A DNA stretch of 64,000 bases from the human T2T-CHM13v2.0 reference genome, Homo sapiens, in NCBI RefSeq assembly GCF_009914755.1, contig NC_060929.1, one strand, 5' to 3'. A program made the position numbers and the translations under genes. This document shows positions 27,440 through 40,612 of this stretch, piece by piece. A model generated the notes under the pieces. The model searched no databases. It was not told the origin of the DNA and was given only the letters and a program-made list of their open reading frames with translations. The stretch's first letter is position 1; every line of letters begins with the position of its first letter.

Positions 27440-27927
27440 TGTAGTAGGCAGAATAATGACTTCCCTAAAGATGTAAGTATGATAGGCTACAAGGCAAAGG
27501 GAATTAGGGTTGCAGATGGAATTACAGTTGCTAATCAGCTGACCTGAAGACATTAAGATAGGGAGACGATTTTGGATTACTTCAGTGGGCTCAACGTAAT
27601 CACAAGGGTCTTTAAAAGGGTTAGAGAAAGATGTGACTATGAAAAACCAGAGAGATAGCAACAGGACAGGAGTTGGCCTGATAGTGTTGGCTTTGAACAC
27701 AGAGGAAGGGGCTACGAACCAAGGCAAGCAGGTGGCCACTAAAAACTGAAAAAGGCAAGGTAACGGGTTCCTCCCAGAGCTCCTGAAGGTAATCCAACCC
27801 TACTAACATTTTGATCTTAGCTCAGTGAGATCCAAGTCAGGCTTTTGAGCTACAGAAAATACATTTGTATTCTTTAAGTCACTCAGTTTGTGGTTATTTA
27901 TCGTAGCAGCAGTAGGAAACTAATACT
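27440..27927 (+). mobile_element. MLT1D solo LTR
   Basis: 'tgtagtaggcagaataatg...gttgcagatggaattacagttgctaatcagctgacct...gtagcagcagtaggaaactaatac'; 5-bp TSD-like ccttg/tcttg. Confidence 0.8.
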
Positions 27928-29634
27928 TCTTGCTAAACCTGATCTTGGAGAACAGATGAATATTGGGATCAGAATTGCCCCCAAGAGGGTCCACCTGGGA
28001 GCAGTGTGCAAAATGGGTTAATTGGGCAGGACCAGAAAAAGAAAAATAGTCAGAGACCTATTTTTAACAGATTAGAACTCCAATAAGATGCTGGAAGGCA
28101 ACTAATGCAGCAGAAGTAAGGAAGCCGAGAGAAAGAATATGCTTTGCAGTGAGAATAAGCTTGTTTTCCGAGTCTGTGCTATCCAGAAAGTTGGGGATTG
28201 GGGCAGATGCAATGTATTGTTAAAGCAACGTATTCTGTGAACTTATGTAGATATAGGAGAATAATTCTAGTTTCGTGATACATTTCAAGATATTATTACA
28301 AATATTGAAAACAAAACCAAGGTTGCTTGCTCCTTTTCATATTTCTGAAGCATTTGTAAATCTTGATGCTTTTCCCCTCACATACTCTTTTATGCACAAT
28401 GCAGATGTAGCCTTACCTGCAAATGCAGGCCTGTGTAAAAGTGACATCTTGTGTTGCTTTGATGCATTGCATTTCTTGTTCTCCCTGTCACGATTCCTCT
28501 GTTTTGGAAATTCTTTTACTTTTATTTTGCTAAAGAGCAAAGAGAGACTAAACTAAAATTATTGCAACATAAAGCGTATAACTCATGGTATTAAAAAATT
28601 ACATTGTTCTCTATGTTATTTATAAATTATACAATAGTGACAGGTAAATCATTCCAATGACAGAATTTATATCTGCCCTTGTACTGGATTGTAAACCTGA
28701 GAGAGAAGAGTTTGATTTTTTTAAATTAAATTTAGTAGTTATTATGAAAATGCTTTAGAACAAAAGAAATCCACTGATTTGAAATGTCTAGAAACTAGCC
28801 TGTTTTCTATTTTCATGAAATGTTACTTTTCATGGCTGACGAGGTCCTTGTGGTTTCAGGTGTGAGAGTATATTATCCTATCTCTTACTATAAATTCACT
28901 TCACTGCTAAGTTTGAGGCTCAATGGCAATTTTATCAAAACTTGCCAATTCATTTTAGGCCACAGATAGAATACTCACACACTTGAGTAAATAAAAAAGT
29001 ATGCAAAATTCTGGAAAAATAGCTATGTGATCAATAAAATTAATTATGAGGATGTCAATTGTTCCCTTCTTCCCCATGGTTAACAGGCTGGTATCAGAAA
29101 TACTAGAGACAGAAAATCTTTCCAGCAGGTTAGTAAGGATTAAGGTGGTATGATGCAATCTAGAATAATGGGGAACAAAAAAGAATATATGGTTGAACAC
29201 GAAAAAGAAAACTAAATGAAAGAAACAGCATGCCATATGATCACCACAGATAGAGAGAGAGAGAAGCCCAAAGCTTAAAGCTAAAAGAGAAAGGAAGGTC
29301 TGAAATCTCGAATAATAAAACTAGGAGACTGCTGGGAAGAAACACTCTGGAGAAGAAAGAAAAGGTGCCTAGATCAAAGATAGATGAGACAGAATCTTAA
29401 ACGAAGAGGAATAAATGGTTGTCAAAGGCAGAGAAAAACCACAGAAGCTAGAAGCTGGCTGTTGGAGAACATGATTACAGATCCCACCCTTAGATGGGAA
29501 TGAGACCGAAGGGTATGAGGGAAGGATATAGGTTCACTTGTACCATTAAACAGTAAATTGCAGCTGGTACAAACTCATCATTCACTCAAAGTTTACAGCC
29601 CCCCCAAAAATGAAGTGAAATAACAACTGTTAGA

Positions 29635-29860
29635 TGTGGTGAAGACAAAGTGGTTTGTCAAATCAGACACCTGGGTTTGAAGCTTGGATTTCACTTTTTT
29701 TTTTTTTAAACTTTGCAAGTTCCCTAACTATTCATCTTGTTTACTCATCTGTAAAGTGAGGACAACTGCACCTTTTTCCTAAAGCTATTGTGAGGGAGAA
29801 GTGAGATAAGCAAACCTCCTTGGGCCTAGTTGCCAGTAATCAGTAGATACTAAAACTTCA
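29635..29860 (+). mobile_element. MIR relic
   Basis: 'aatcagacacctgggtttgaagc...ctttgcaagttccctaac...gtttactcatctgtaaagtgaggacaa'. Confidence 0.7.
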
Positions 29861-30151
29861 ATTAATAATTGGTTGGGAGATTGACTTTAGCTCTTTCTTG
29901 CCTAAGTAAATCATGATACACACACACACGTGATCAATAAGAGAAATAGATTTCTAAAACTGTTTTTGTATTACATGTGGAGATGGGGAAGACAATTACT
30001 CCCCTTTCTTGGTAAAAAAAAAAAAAAAAGAATGAATCAAAGATAACAGAGAAGTTTGGGGCAGGCCACTTGTCAAAGGTAGAAGTTTTAATCTCTTTGC
30101 ATATTGTTTCCCACATTAGCATATAGAAGTTGTGGTGGGAAGAATGTTATA

Positions 30152-30533
30152 GAGTTGATCTTTGAATAACGCAGGGGTTAGGGGTGCCGACCTCCATGCA
30201 GTTGAAAAATCTATGCATAACTTTTAACTCCTCCAAAATTTAACTATTAATAGCCTACTGAGAAAGCAAGAGAAAGGACAGTGGTATTAAGAAAATCAAT
30301 ATTATTTAAAAAGTCAGAATAGAAAATACATTTACTATTCACTAAGTGGAAGTGGATTATCATAAAGGCCTTCAACCTCATCTTCAACGTTGAGTAGGCT
30401 GAAAAGGAGGAGGAAGAGGAGGGGTTGGTCTTGAGGGGTTGGCCTTGCTGTCTCAGGAGTGGCAGCGGGTGAAGAAAACCTGTGTGCAGGTGGACCCACG
30501 AAGTTCAAATTTGTGTTGTTCAAGGGTCAGCTA
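30152..30533 (-). mobile_element. Tigger2a (TcMar-Tigger) non-autonomous element
   Basis: TIR-like ends 'gagttgatctttgaataac' and 'gttgttcaagggtcagcta' flanked by TA; internal 'aggaggaggaagaggaggggttggtcttg' matches recalled Tigger2a. Confidence 0.8.
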
Positions 30534-32887
30534 TACAGTTGGCTTTGTTTTATCCCCATAAGATCAAGGATAATTTACCTGGGGTAAAGTACGGTCTGTG
30601 GGCTGCCTGCAACGTTACCCCGCATGATGCCTGTTCAAACTGCAAAGTCCTGGAGTCATACCCAGACTTTCCAAAACACATCTCTAGGAGTGGAGCTCAG
30701 TGACGTAATGTTTGTAGCAAGATCCCTGGGTAATTCTGGAGTACCCTAAAGTTTGAGACACTTTGCTAAGAGAGCTTGCAGCACCTTCATGTTTACGTGG
30801 AAATTATCATCTTTTTTAGTGTGATTAACATACCAAATGTTTTCTAGTTGATGAAAAACAATCTTTAATTGCTCAGAAACTTTCCCAAATTATTCAATTG
30901 ATGGCATCTTCCTTTTCCTGAGCATTATTTTGAAGTTCAGTTAGCAATTTTAAGTTTATCAAGCTGCATTCATTGACTTTCTGAAACATGTAATATTTTA
31001 GGAGGAGTAGGTTTCAATGGTGATTGGGTGGTATTTTTTTAAAACAGGGAAGTTGGGTTGACCTTGTGCCAGTTGACGATGTATCTCCTAGTGATTCTGA
31101 TAACTGTACTGCCTCTGTCCTGGCTGAGAACATTGTTTTCAGCAGCCCTTACATCCTATAGCAGCAAACTGGATTTGGGTTCCTGGCACGTTTCCTCAAC
31201 TCATGCAACTATGTAAGTTGGTAGAGGAGGATCTACTTCAGCACAGTCCAAATACCTGTTTAATGTGGCTTACTATGGCACTTCCTATTGGAAATAATGC
31301 AACTACTACAGAGCACAGGGCATCCAGGGTGAGTCTATAGAACAGTGGCAAGGCCTACGTGAATGAATTGGGTAAACTGTAATGTGGAAACACAGTCAAC
31401 AGTAGGAGAATCCGGATAGAGGATCTGTGAAAACTTTATGCAGCATTCAGAAAACTAAAGAGAAGTAAGAAAATAAAATAGAGTTTGTTTTACCAGCTTC
31501 AATTTTACAGGCTGCATTAAGATCAATTCAAATAAGTTGGTTAAATGGAAGGAACTAAACATCTACCATGTCTGTAAAATCTCCTACCCATCTCTTAAGC
31601 ATTTTACTTAATTGTTTCTAATCATTCTAATATCTTTACTCACCACACCCGGCCCAAACAGAGATGATCATTTATTTCTTCAACCCATCACTGTGACTTG
31701 TAAATGCCTCCAGTATAACATCTGCTGTGTTATTCTACAACCATGTCTTTAAGTGTTTCTTTAATGCCCTGGAAAACGATGACCTACTTAAGACAGAGGC
31801 TATGTCTCCTATAGCTTTATACCCCCAGTACTTAGCACAGAGCCTGGCACATGATAGGAGACAAATATATATGTGTTTAATAACTGAAGTTATGGTAAGG
31901 GATTGAATATGTTTTTCCAGTCTTTAAGAAGGACCATTTTAGTAAGAAGGTAAAGGCAAGCATACAAATTACTATGTTGTAAGGTAGAGCAAGGTTAGAG
32001 TCATCAGAGATTTCATCTAATTAAGGGGATTTCAAAAGGCTTCGCAGAAAAGATGGTGCTCAAGATGGGACTTAAGGAATTAATAGGTTTTCAACAAATG
32101 GAGTGTGTTTGGAGGAAAGTAGCTATTTCAGATAAATGAAACAGCACGAACAAAGATAGGGGCAAAATCTCAGGGAATATTGAGTGAACAAAGCGAAGAC
32201 CATCCTGAATAGAATTTATTGTAAGAATGGCAATTAGATTTTATCTCATAGGCCATATATGACAACTGGTAGAAGCTGCCTGTATTGAAGATCATTCCTG
32301 GGCCCAGTCTGAGTTCAGCATGCAAGAATGTCATAATCAAAAAAATTGTGGCAATGGATGCAGGAGAATACTATCTTTGATTTAAGGCCCTCAGAACCCA
32401 CCATTTCTATGTAAATGGAAGAATCCTAATGTTTTTCCAAACATTTATTTTGGCAGATACTACATTGACTATGTGCCAAACTCCAAACTAGATGCTGAAC
32501 AAATATAACAGTAGCAAAGGCAATGATGACACCTAAAAAGATTAAGCTTCCGTAGGAAATACAGTCATTAAATATTTTCACAAATAATTGTATAATTACA
32601 ATTGTGATGATCATCATGAAGATCAATTATCAGGTGCTATGTCTTTGCAAGGGAGACTGTCCTGATAAAAGGGCCCAAGAAAACTGCCCTGGCAAAGTGA
32701 TCTGTAAGCTGCTACTGGAAAGATCCCTCTCCCTAGGTGAGATAGAGGGAAATCAATGCTCCTTGATATCTGTTGGATGTTTCAAGTTTTGGGAGTCTCA
32801 CATTTTTCCTTATTAATATAGCATTCTCACAACTAGTTAAAACATCTTAGAGAAGTGAACAAAAGAGGAGTATATTTTCTTAAATTA

Positions 32888-33075
32888 GTAGTTCTCATAC
32901 TGTGGGCCCTGGACCAGCAACATCATCCTCACCTGGAAAATTGTTAGGAATGTATATTCTTGGATCTCACATCACACCTACTGAATCAGAAGTTCTAGTG
33001 GTGGAACCTAGCAAGATGTGTTTTAGCAGGCCCTCCTGGTGATTCTAATGCACACAAAGGTTTGATAACCACTGC
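32888..33075. mobile_element. MER5A hAT-Charlie element
   Basis: 'gtagttctcatactgtgggccctggaccagcaacatcatcctcacctgg...acctactgaatcagaa...aaggtttgataaccactg'. Confidence 0.85.
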
Positions 33076-33819
33076 CCTGAACTAAAATGCACACTTTCAA
33101 ACAGAAGGAGGTTTTCAGGAAAGGGAGAAGTTTCTTTTAAAGAGTTTCTTTCTCAGTAACAAAAAAAAAATTCGAGATATAAATGAAATTCCTTACTGAA
33201 CACTTAGAAGGCACAAAGAGTTTGCTATCAAGACATTTAGATATTTAGATTTTCTAAGAAGGGACATAACAATTCGTTTGTGTCTGGTGATCCATTTACT
33301 TCTTGTAGGATCCTAGGAAATATGAATGGTGTTTAGGAAAAATTGATCGGGACTGCTGTCTGTAAGATGAAACAGGCTTTTTCCAAGCTGTAGTATGTTT
33401 GTGTGTGCTCGCTTTCACAAAAGTCTCAATGTAGATTAAAGAACAAACATATTTGTAGAACTTCTGTCACAGTGAAACAGAATGAATCACCACAGTGCCC
33501 TGGACTGAGCCTCCAAAATGCTTTGGTCAAATGGCAAACTAAGACAAAAAATAATTACAAGTATCTTACAATTTACAATTATAAATAGAGGAGACAGTGA
33601 AAACTCCTGAAAATATCTTTCCAGCTTGGAAAGCTGTACTTTAGGAAATCTGTACTTTAGGAATGTAGAAAGAGACAGAGATTTCTGTTTTTACTATGGT
33701 ACATTGGTCCAATCGAAGGTGCAATTTATGAGTAGAAAACTCTGATGTCTAGAAAATCTGTGAGAGTTGCAATTATTAAAGACATCATGTTACTCATGGA
33801 TTATCAATGTCATCTAAAC

Positions 33820-34330
33820 CCTTGCTACTCAAAGTAGCATCAGCATCACCAGGAAGCTTGTTAAAAATGTAGAATCTCAGACCCCACCTCACATCCACTA
33901 AATCACAATCTGTGGATTACCATGATCTGCCAGTGTATTAGTTCACTCTCAGGCTGCCAATAAAGACATACCTAAGACTGGGTAATTTATAAAAGACAGA
34001 GGTTTAATGGACTCACAGTTATACATGGCTGGAGAGGTCTCACAATCATGGTGGAAGATGAAGAAAGAGCAAGGGACGTCTTACGTGATGGCAGGCAGGA
34101 GAGAGCGTGTGCAGGGGAACTCCCCTTTATAAAACCATCAGATCTCATGAGATTTATTCACTATCACAAGAACAGCACAGGAAAGACCTGCCCCCATGAT
34201 TCAATTACTTCCCACCTGGTCCCTCCCACAACAGATGAGAATTATGGGAGCTACAATTCAAGATGAGATTTGGGTGGGGACACAGCAAAAACATTATTCA
34301 GATGCCCGTTAAAGTTTGAGAAGTACTGAT
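33820..34330. mobile_element. MER5A-like element split by a THE1 LTR
   Basis: Left part 'tgctactcaaagtagcatcagcatcaccaggaagcttgttaaaaatgtagaatctcag'; right end 'ttaaagtttgagaagtactg' lies after the LTR. Confidence 0.7.
33934..34300 (-). mobile_element. THE1 (B/C-like) solo LTR
   Basis: 'tgtattagttc...aataaagacatacctaagactgggtaatttata...aaaaccatcagatctcatgaga...caattcaagatgagatttgggtggggacacagc'. Confidence 0.9.
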
Positions 34331-34375
34331 GAACTTACATCATCCAAGTTTCAGAAGTACTGACAGACTTACATC

Positions 34376-34467
34376 ATTCTTGAGTTGACGCCAGATTTCC
34401 ATCACCTATAGGAAAATTTTCCTGTTGGAAATTTTCCTGTATGGAAATCTGGCGTCAACTCAAGAAT
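34376..34467. repeat. Perfect 27-bp inverted repeat with 38-nt partly self-complementary spacer
   Basis: 34376-34402 'attcttgagttgacgccagatttccat' is the exact reverse complement of 34441-34467. Confidence 0.97.
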
Positions 34468-36081
34468 TTGTTACTGCATGCTAATCTAAAACTGGTTAAT
34501 TGCAAATACTGGTAATAGAAGATATCCTGAGTTTCAACATAAAATAATGAAGAAAAATTTTAAAAAGCCAAATCAATATAAATAAAGGTATTTGAAAATT
34601 GTTTATTGAGGAAGAGTAAGTGAAAACCAATTGGTCTATAATATTGCAATAGCTCAGTGATAAGGTCTATTTTATATGACACTTCCCAAGAGATTCCATT
34701 AGAGCAGAAGTCAAAGAAAATCCCTTTTGCTAGAAAGAAAAGCCTTAGAGGAAGATAAAAGACAATTAATTATACCTGAAATCTGCACAATGAACTGAGA
34801 GCAATATACCATTGAAAACCAAAGGATTATTGCAGCCTATTAACAGTAAGAATGTCTACTGTACTAGAAAAAAAACCTTAATTTTTATAGTTTATGACTA
34901 TGTTAATTCCCCAAACAGATACCTGGTCGACATTTATGGTAACTCTGGAAAATTTTCCCTCTCTTTAAACACTGAAATTTGCATTTTCTAATGTCACATA
35001 CATGGTAAAACATTGTCATGGAGGGAGTAAGTTATTCAGAAGTAGATTTACCCTACAATAATATCAACACTTTCATTTCCAAGCTCATTGATTTTTTTTT
35101 TTTTTTACCTTAATGAGTACCGGAATTAGTAGAGTACAAAAAGCCCTATATCGGTTGAAAATCTTCTCACAGCTCAATTTAATTTAATTTGAAAATAGCT
35201 GTTTTACTGTCTCTCAAACTAAATTTAAGAAATCAAACAGAGCATTAACATGTTAATTAATAAGAGGTTCAGTGGGAAGGTAGGAAATGATTAGTTGCAT
35301 TACGATTCCTTCAGAATTTCTCTAGGAAACTCATTAAAGGGCTCTTCAGAAGTGCTTTCCTGAAAAGATGACAAACACATGGCATATGTTCTCCAGGAAT
35401 CTCGAGGTGCATGTAAAGCCTGTGTCTGGCTTCTCTCCACAGTGTGGAGGCTCACAGCTGTGTTCAAAAGGGGACACTCACCACAGTGGCATTTAATGAG
35501 TGACACACAGCATGTCCTAGGTCAGACATATGCACCAATTTGAAAAGCAAGAAGTCAAACTCAATGTTTCCAATGCAAAGGGGAGCAATTTTCTTTGGGT
35601 TGGCCAAAGAAGACATGTTCTATGTTTTTCTTCTAGGAATCAGAGATGAGATGAAGAATTCTCTAATTAATCTACATTTTATAGCTCTTTACATTTAAAT
35701 TTTTCATAAATATTAACTCATTTGATCTCAGCCACTCTGATAATTAGATATGGTGGGCATAATTCCCAGAGGAAGCAAAGTATTGTTAAACTCACATTAG
35801 GTGCCCTGTTCCAGGTGTTTAATAAGCTTCAGTTTCTGTCTCTGCCTCATTACCTTTCTTTCCACATCTAAGCAGACAACTTTCCAAAAAAGTATTTTAG
35901 ATGCTTAAATGAATACATACAATTTCAGATAAAATATGATCTAGGTATCAGGATAAAAAGGTAGAGGTTATGAATCTAGTACTGATCATACAAAGTCTTA
36001 TATTCTTGCTAGAGGAAAACCCCAAGGCTGGATCTCACCCTTGTGCCAGCCAGTGGAAGATAAAAACCAAATGTCCTTTTA

Positions 36082-36270
36082 GCAGTGGTTCTCCAAAGTA
36101 TGGTTCCCAACCCATAGTATCAGCATCACTTTGGAACTTGTCAGAAATGCACATGTTGTGGCTCCACTCCAGACCTACTAAATTAGAAACTCTGGATGTG
36201 GGGACTCGTCCTCTCTGATTTAACAAGTCCTGCAGGTTATCTGATACCTGCTCAAATTTGAGAACTACTG
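36082..36270. mobile_element. MER5A element
   Basis: 'cagtggttctccaaagtatggttccc...tcagcatcacttggaacttgtcagaaatgca...aaatttgagaactactg'. Confidence 0.85.
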
Positions 36271-38027
36271 TATTATGGAATTACCCATAAGAGAAAAGTT
36301 GAATAGTTGCTTATGAGAGGATTATCTTCATGAGATGGGGTCTTTTCTATTTTGTTCTCCTTTGCGTTTCTACCACAGAAACCATCATATAGCACACATG
36401 ATATAATTTCTTGAATCAATACGCCATTCCTCAAAATATGTTCCGAAAGTTCTTTTAGAGTATGTACCGTTTAATGTAGCAAACAAATTTTTAATAATAA
36501 AGAGAGCAGCACAGTTCACAGGATTTTTATAATGATGAAAAATGTAGTCATGACTTAAACTAATTGCATGAATAGCTAGTACTACATAAGCTAGAACGGC
36601 TGTTCTCAAACTTAGCTATTCAGACCTGGCCTGATCATCAGAATTACCTGGAGTGGTCCCAATAATTCTGATACCTTCAGCAGGTCTAAAGTGGACCCAG
36701 AAATTGGAATTTTAAAATGATGCTCTCTAAATCCTTATATGGGCATGTATGTTTACAAACACATATGTGTATAAATGTAAATGCACTATGCTTTCAACAT
36801 AAATGTAAAGGCAGTATGCTAACATTTATTTTGAGATAACTAAAATTTTTACACAATAAGTTTTAATATTACAAAGTCTTGTGTTGACTCTTCTATTTTC
36901 TATTTGTGTATAACAAGACAGCAAAAAACAATGAAAGAGAAAAGCAGAAATAGAATCTGGGAGTCCTTGAGAAGCAAGAAACTAGATTACTCTAGTTATT
37001 TCACCCAACATTTTCATAATTTGATTTATAAAATTTCTTCTTACATCTTAATACTATGTGTTTTGTGATTTTTTCTGTAAATTTAATAAAAAATAGTTTA
37101 ATGTTCACAACTGTGTTACTTTATAGATTTAAACTTACTGTAATAATTCATTTTTAATAAAACACAGAATCCTCAATGTCTTTGTGTAGGGTAGTTTAGA
37201 TAATCAATTTAGAATTAATTTTAGTGTACCTTTTTGTGTTCTTAAAAAGTCAATAATTGATATGTTCTTTTATTGTTCTTTGAAACATGCTTTAGACAAT
37301 TTTTTCAATTTAATTATCTCTATCGGAGAGACACATATACAGTTATAAAGACTGGCAGAGTTTGATCATAAATATTTATGTCTCACTTTCACAACTATAG
37401 ATCATACTAATAAAAGGACATGGCCTTTCTCAAAGTTTTGAGATTGAGCTAGACAAATGTCTGCAAGATAGAGATATAGTAAATTGATTACACACATCTT
37501 TGGTGTTATTTATTAGATTATGTAAATAAATTCCTTTAATTTTTAAGGACTTACATAGTACTTATTCTGTGCCATGCTCTTTCAAAAGAGATTAATCAGT
37601 CAATGTATTCCTCCTAATAGTGCCATAAAATAGATGCTGTTATTAATCCCACTTTATCGATGAGAAAACAAAGAAAATATGTTAGGAACATTGTTGTTGA
37701 GCAAATATCAAATCTTGATATTTTAAAAATATGTTGGTAAAGAAATTCTCAACAGATTACCTAAATGGTTAAAGAGATAAGAAATAGGGAGGAAGGAAGA
37801 AACCCCAAAGAAACTGGAGCAATTTTGCCTGGGAAAAATGTGATAATTATATAAAAAGGCATAGCACAGAATAAATAAGATCTGATGAATGGTTTAATGA
37901 CCCATAATCACAGCATAATCCCACAGTTTGAGGGAAGATTTATAAAGATGACTTGGTTACAATCAACAATGTTAAAAGTTTCTTCTAGCTCCATGTTTTA
38001 TGAATGGTTTACATGTAATAAACTAGA

Positions 38028-38086
38028 TCAGCCCTTGTTGCGAAACACATTCTTTTCCACCTTCTTTGGGGATGCCATGACATCAA
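38028..38086 (-). other. Candidate alternative terminal coding exon (xDVMASPKKVEKNVFRNKG*)
   Basis: Long AG-free upstream tract ending 'atgttttgcag|'. Phase 1 gives 18 codons then TGA. A minus-strand AATAAA lies ~500 nt downstream (plus 'tttatt' near 37510). Confidence 0.35.
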
Positions 38087-40214
38087 CTGCAAAACATATC
38101 ATGCAAATTTGGAATATAAACAAAATATTCCTTTTTGACAAATTTAATTTCTCATGTTTATGTAGGTAGGAAAACCAGAAAGAGCTGACTTTTCTGCCAT
38201 TATCTTCCACCACATGTTAGAAATCTTTGTCCATTTTGCCAAGGAAGTTTCAGCCATCTATCCTCTGAAAGTATGAAATTACTGAGTTCAAAGTGGAGAA
38301 CAGTGTTCAAAGCAAACATCATGGTATCAACTATTTTCTACCTAATAACCTGGAACAAACTTGAAGCTTGAGGTTTACCTAGTTTGGAAGGTGTTTATCA
38401 ATATCTTGAAGTTTTAAAATAAAATAATTCCCCACAAACTGACAAGCTTTCCATTTATAATGAGCCCAATAAGATAGGCTGCTTTTTCGTGTTTATCCAA
38501 ACGGGCAATTTTTTGTGTAAAACTTTCACTTGCCACGAATGATCGGATTAAGGACAGGTTTAAAACCTGCTTTCTCCAGAAACTGTAGTTGGCTCAAAGA
38601 GAACAATTTGATGCTATCTTATCGGGAGGGAAACGTCAGAAATTAGGCCTAAGGGGAAAAGACAAGTGAGTATGTGGGCAAATAGAAGGCTTCCGAAAAC
38701 CTGGCCTTGTATGACCTGTATTGGTAAATAGTGTGCCACACTCCAAAAAGGAGGACATGGGTGTCATCATTTTACACAGATGCAAAATTATGAACACCGA
38801 TCAAGGGAAACTTTCAAGTATTAGATAGTAAATTAGTGCCTTTCACGTTTTGACCAAGCAGCACAACGTGATGCAGCTGATCACTCTCTCCTCCTTGAAA
38901 CTCCTCCTTCACCTAACTTCCAAGGCATCACATGCTCCCAGACCTCACTGGCATTACCTTCTTCATCTCCTGGGCTGCTCACTCCTGATTCCCCCAACTT
39001 CTACAGGTTGGAGTTCCCCAGCCTTCAGTCTTCTCATCTTTCCTCTTATAAACCATGCTGGTTTCTTTAGCTTAAAACCAGTCACACTAATATTAAATGT
39101 ATGCTAGTTTCTGCCTTTTGTTCTACCATGATTTCAGAAATGTATGTGAAACTTAGTTAACTTGCCTTATGTATTAGGAGACATGAAACCTTTAGTAGAT
39201 AACACTTTAGACAATCAATTATAATTTCAAATAAGAATTTATTATCCAAATTATATATCAGACTCTGTGCTAGACACATAACATACATTATTTTATTTAA
39301 CATCAGGGCAATCTTTTAGGTAGTGAATGTTGTCCCCATTTAACAGATGAGCAATGGTTCCAAGGTCATGTACCCAGGCATACAACAATAGCTGACATTT
39401 GAGTGCTTACTCTGTGCTCTCTGCTACCTTAGCTTCCTAACTTTCCCAATAATCCTATAAGGTAGCTAGTATGATTTTACAAGTGAGAAAACTGGTTTAG
39501 AAGGATGGCAAAACTAATAGGTAGAATATTTACAGTTTAATTTTTTAAACTCTAAAGTTACTATCTCTTTGTGTCAGCACAGAATCTTCTGGAGAGGAAA
39601 GAAGAAACCATGTCTAGACAAGGTGCTGGAAAGACCCAGGGAAGACACAGGTGAGCTAAGAAAGCAGTAGAAACTGGGTAATTAAAAGTCAACATAATGG
39701 CTGGAAACTTGTTCAAGGAGATATAAAAAGAAAGAAAAACCAAAAGAGAGACTGTATGGATGAACTTTGTCTATTTACAATTTTGTCTAAGGCCAAATCT
39801 GCAGTCTGGTCCCACCGCATGTTATCTAAGTTGTTCATATACCAATACTAAGAGCTACTGAAATTCTTCCAAAAAATCAAAATCATTTCCCCTTTGATTT
39901 GCTAGTTTTTCCTCTTGGTAAATAAAGATTCATTTTTTAGTAATAACTGACCTGCCCTAAGGGTTCACCACTTTCTTCTGATCTCAAATCTTGTGCTAGG
40001 TCTTTAGGTTACAATTCATGAAACTAAAAAATAAACAAAAAAATTCTCTTACTGTGGTTTCTGCTTTTCTCTTTTAAAGATATATTTTTAAGGTCTAATA
40101 ATATTAACATGATGAGCTTAGCTAACTGTATAAGATTGATTCTAAAAATTGTACACTGAAATTATCTTTTAGACATCTAAGAAAGCTCAAGTTCTAATTT
40201 CTTCATTTAGTCAT

Positions 40215-40612
40215 TTTATTAGTCCACTCTCATGCTGCTATAAAGAACTACCCGAGACTGGGTAATTTATAAAGGAAGAGATTTCATTCATTCACAGCTC
40301 TGTATGGCTGGGGAAGCCTCAGGAAACTTACAATCATAGTGGAAGGGGAAGCGGGAGCATCTTACATGGCAGTGTAGGGGTAGGAGAGAGAGAGAGAGAT
40401 TGAGAGAGAAGCAAAGGGGAAAGAGTCCCTTATAAAACCGTTAGATCTCATGAGAATTCACTCACTGTCAGGAGAAGCATGCGGGAAACTGCTGCCAAGA
40501 TTCAATCACCTCCTTTCCTCTACACACCAGGCATTACAGGTCCTTCACTCTACACATGAGGATTACGATTTGAGATGAGATATGAGTGGAGACACAGAGC
40601 CAAAACATATCA
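40215..40612 (-). mobile_element. THE1D/MST-like solo LTR
   Basis: 'tattagtccactctcatgctgctataaagaactacccgagactgggtaatttataaagga...gacacagagccaaaacatatca'; perfect 5-bp TSD 'gtcat' at 40210-40214 and 40613-40617. Confidence 0.88.

Noticed and set aside
27320-27809. 139-aa and 62-aa minus-strand ORFs
   Set aside because: They are antisense readings of the MLT1D LTR.
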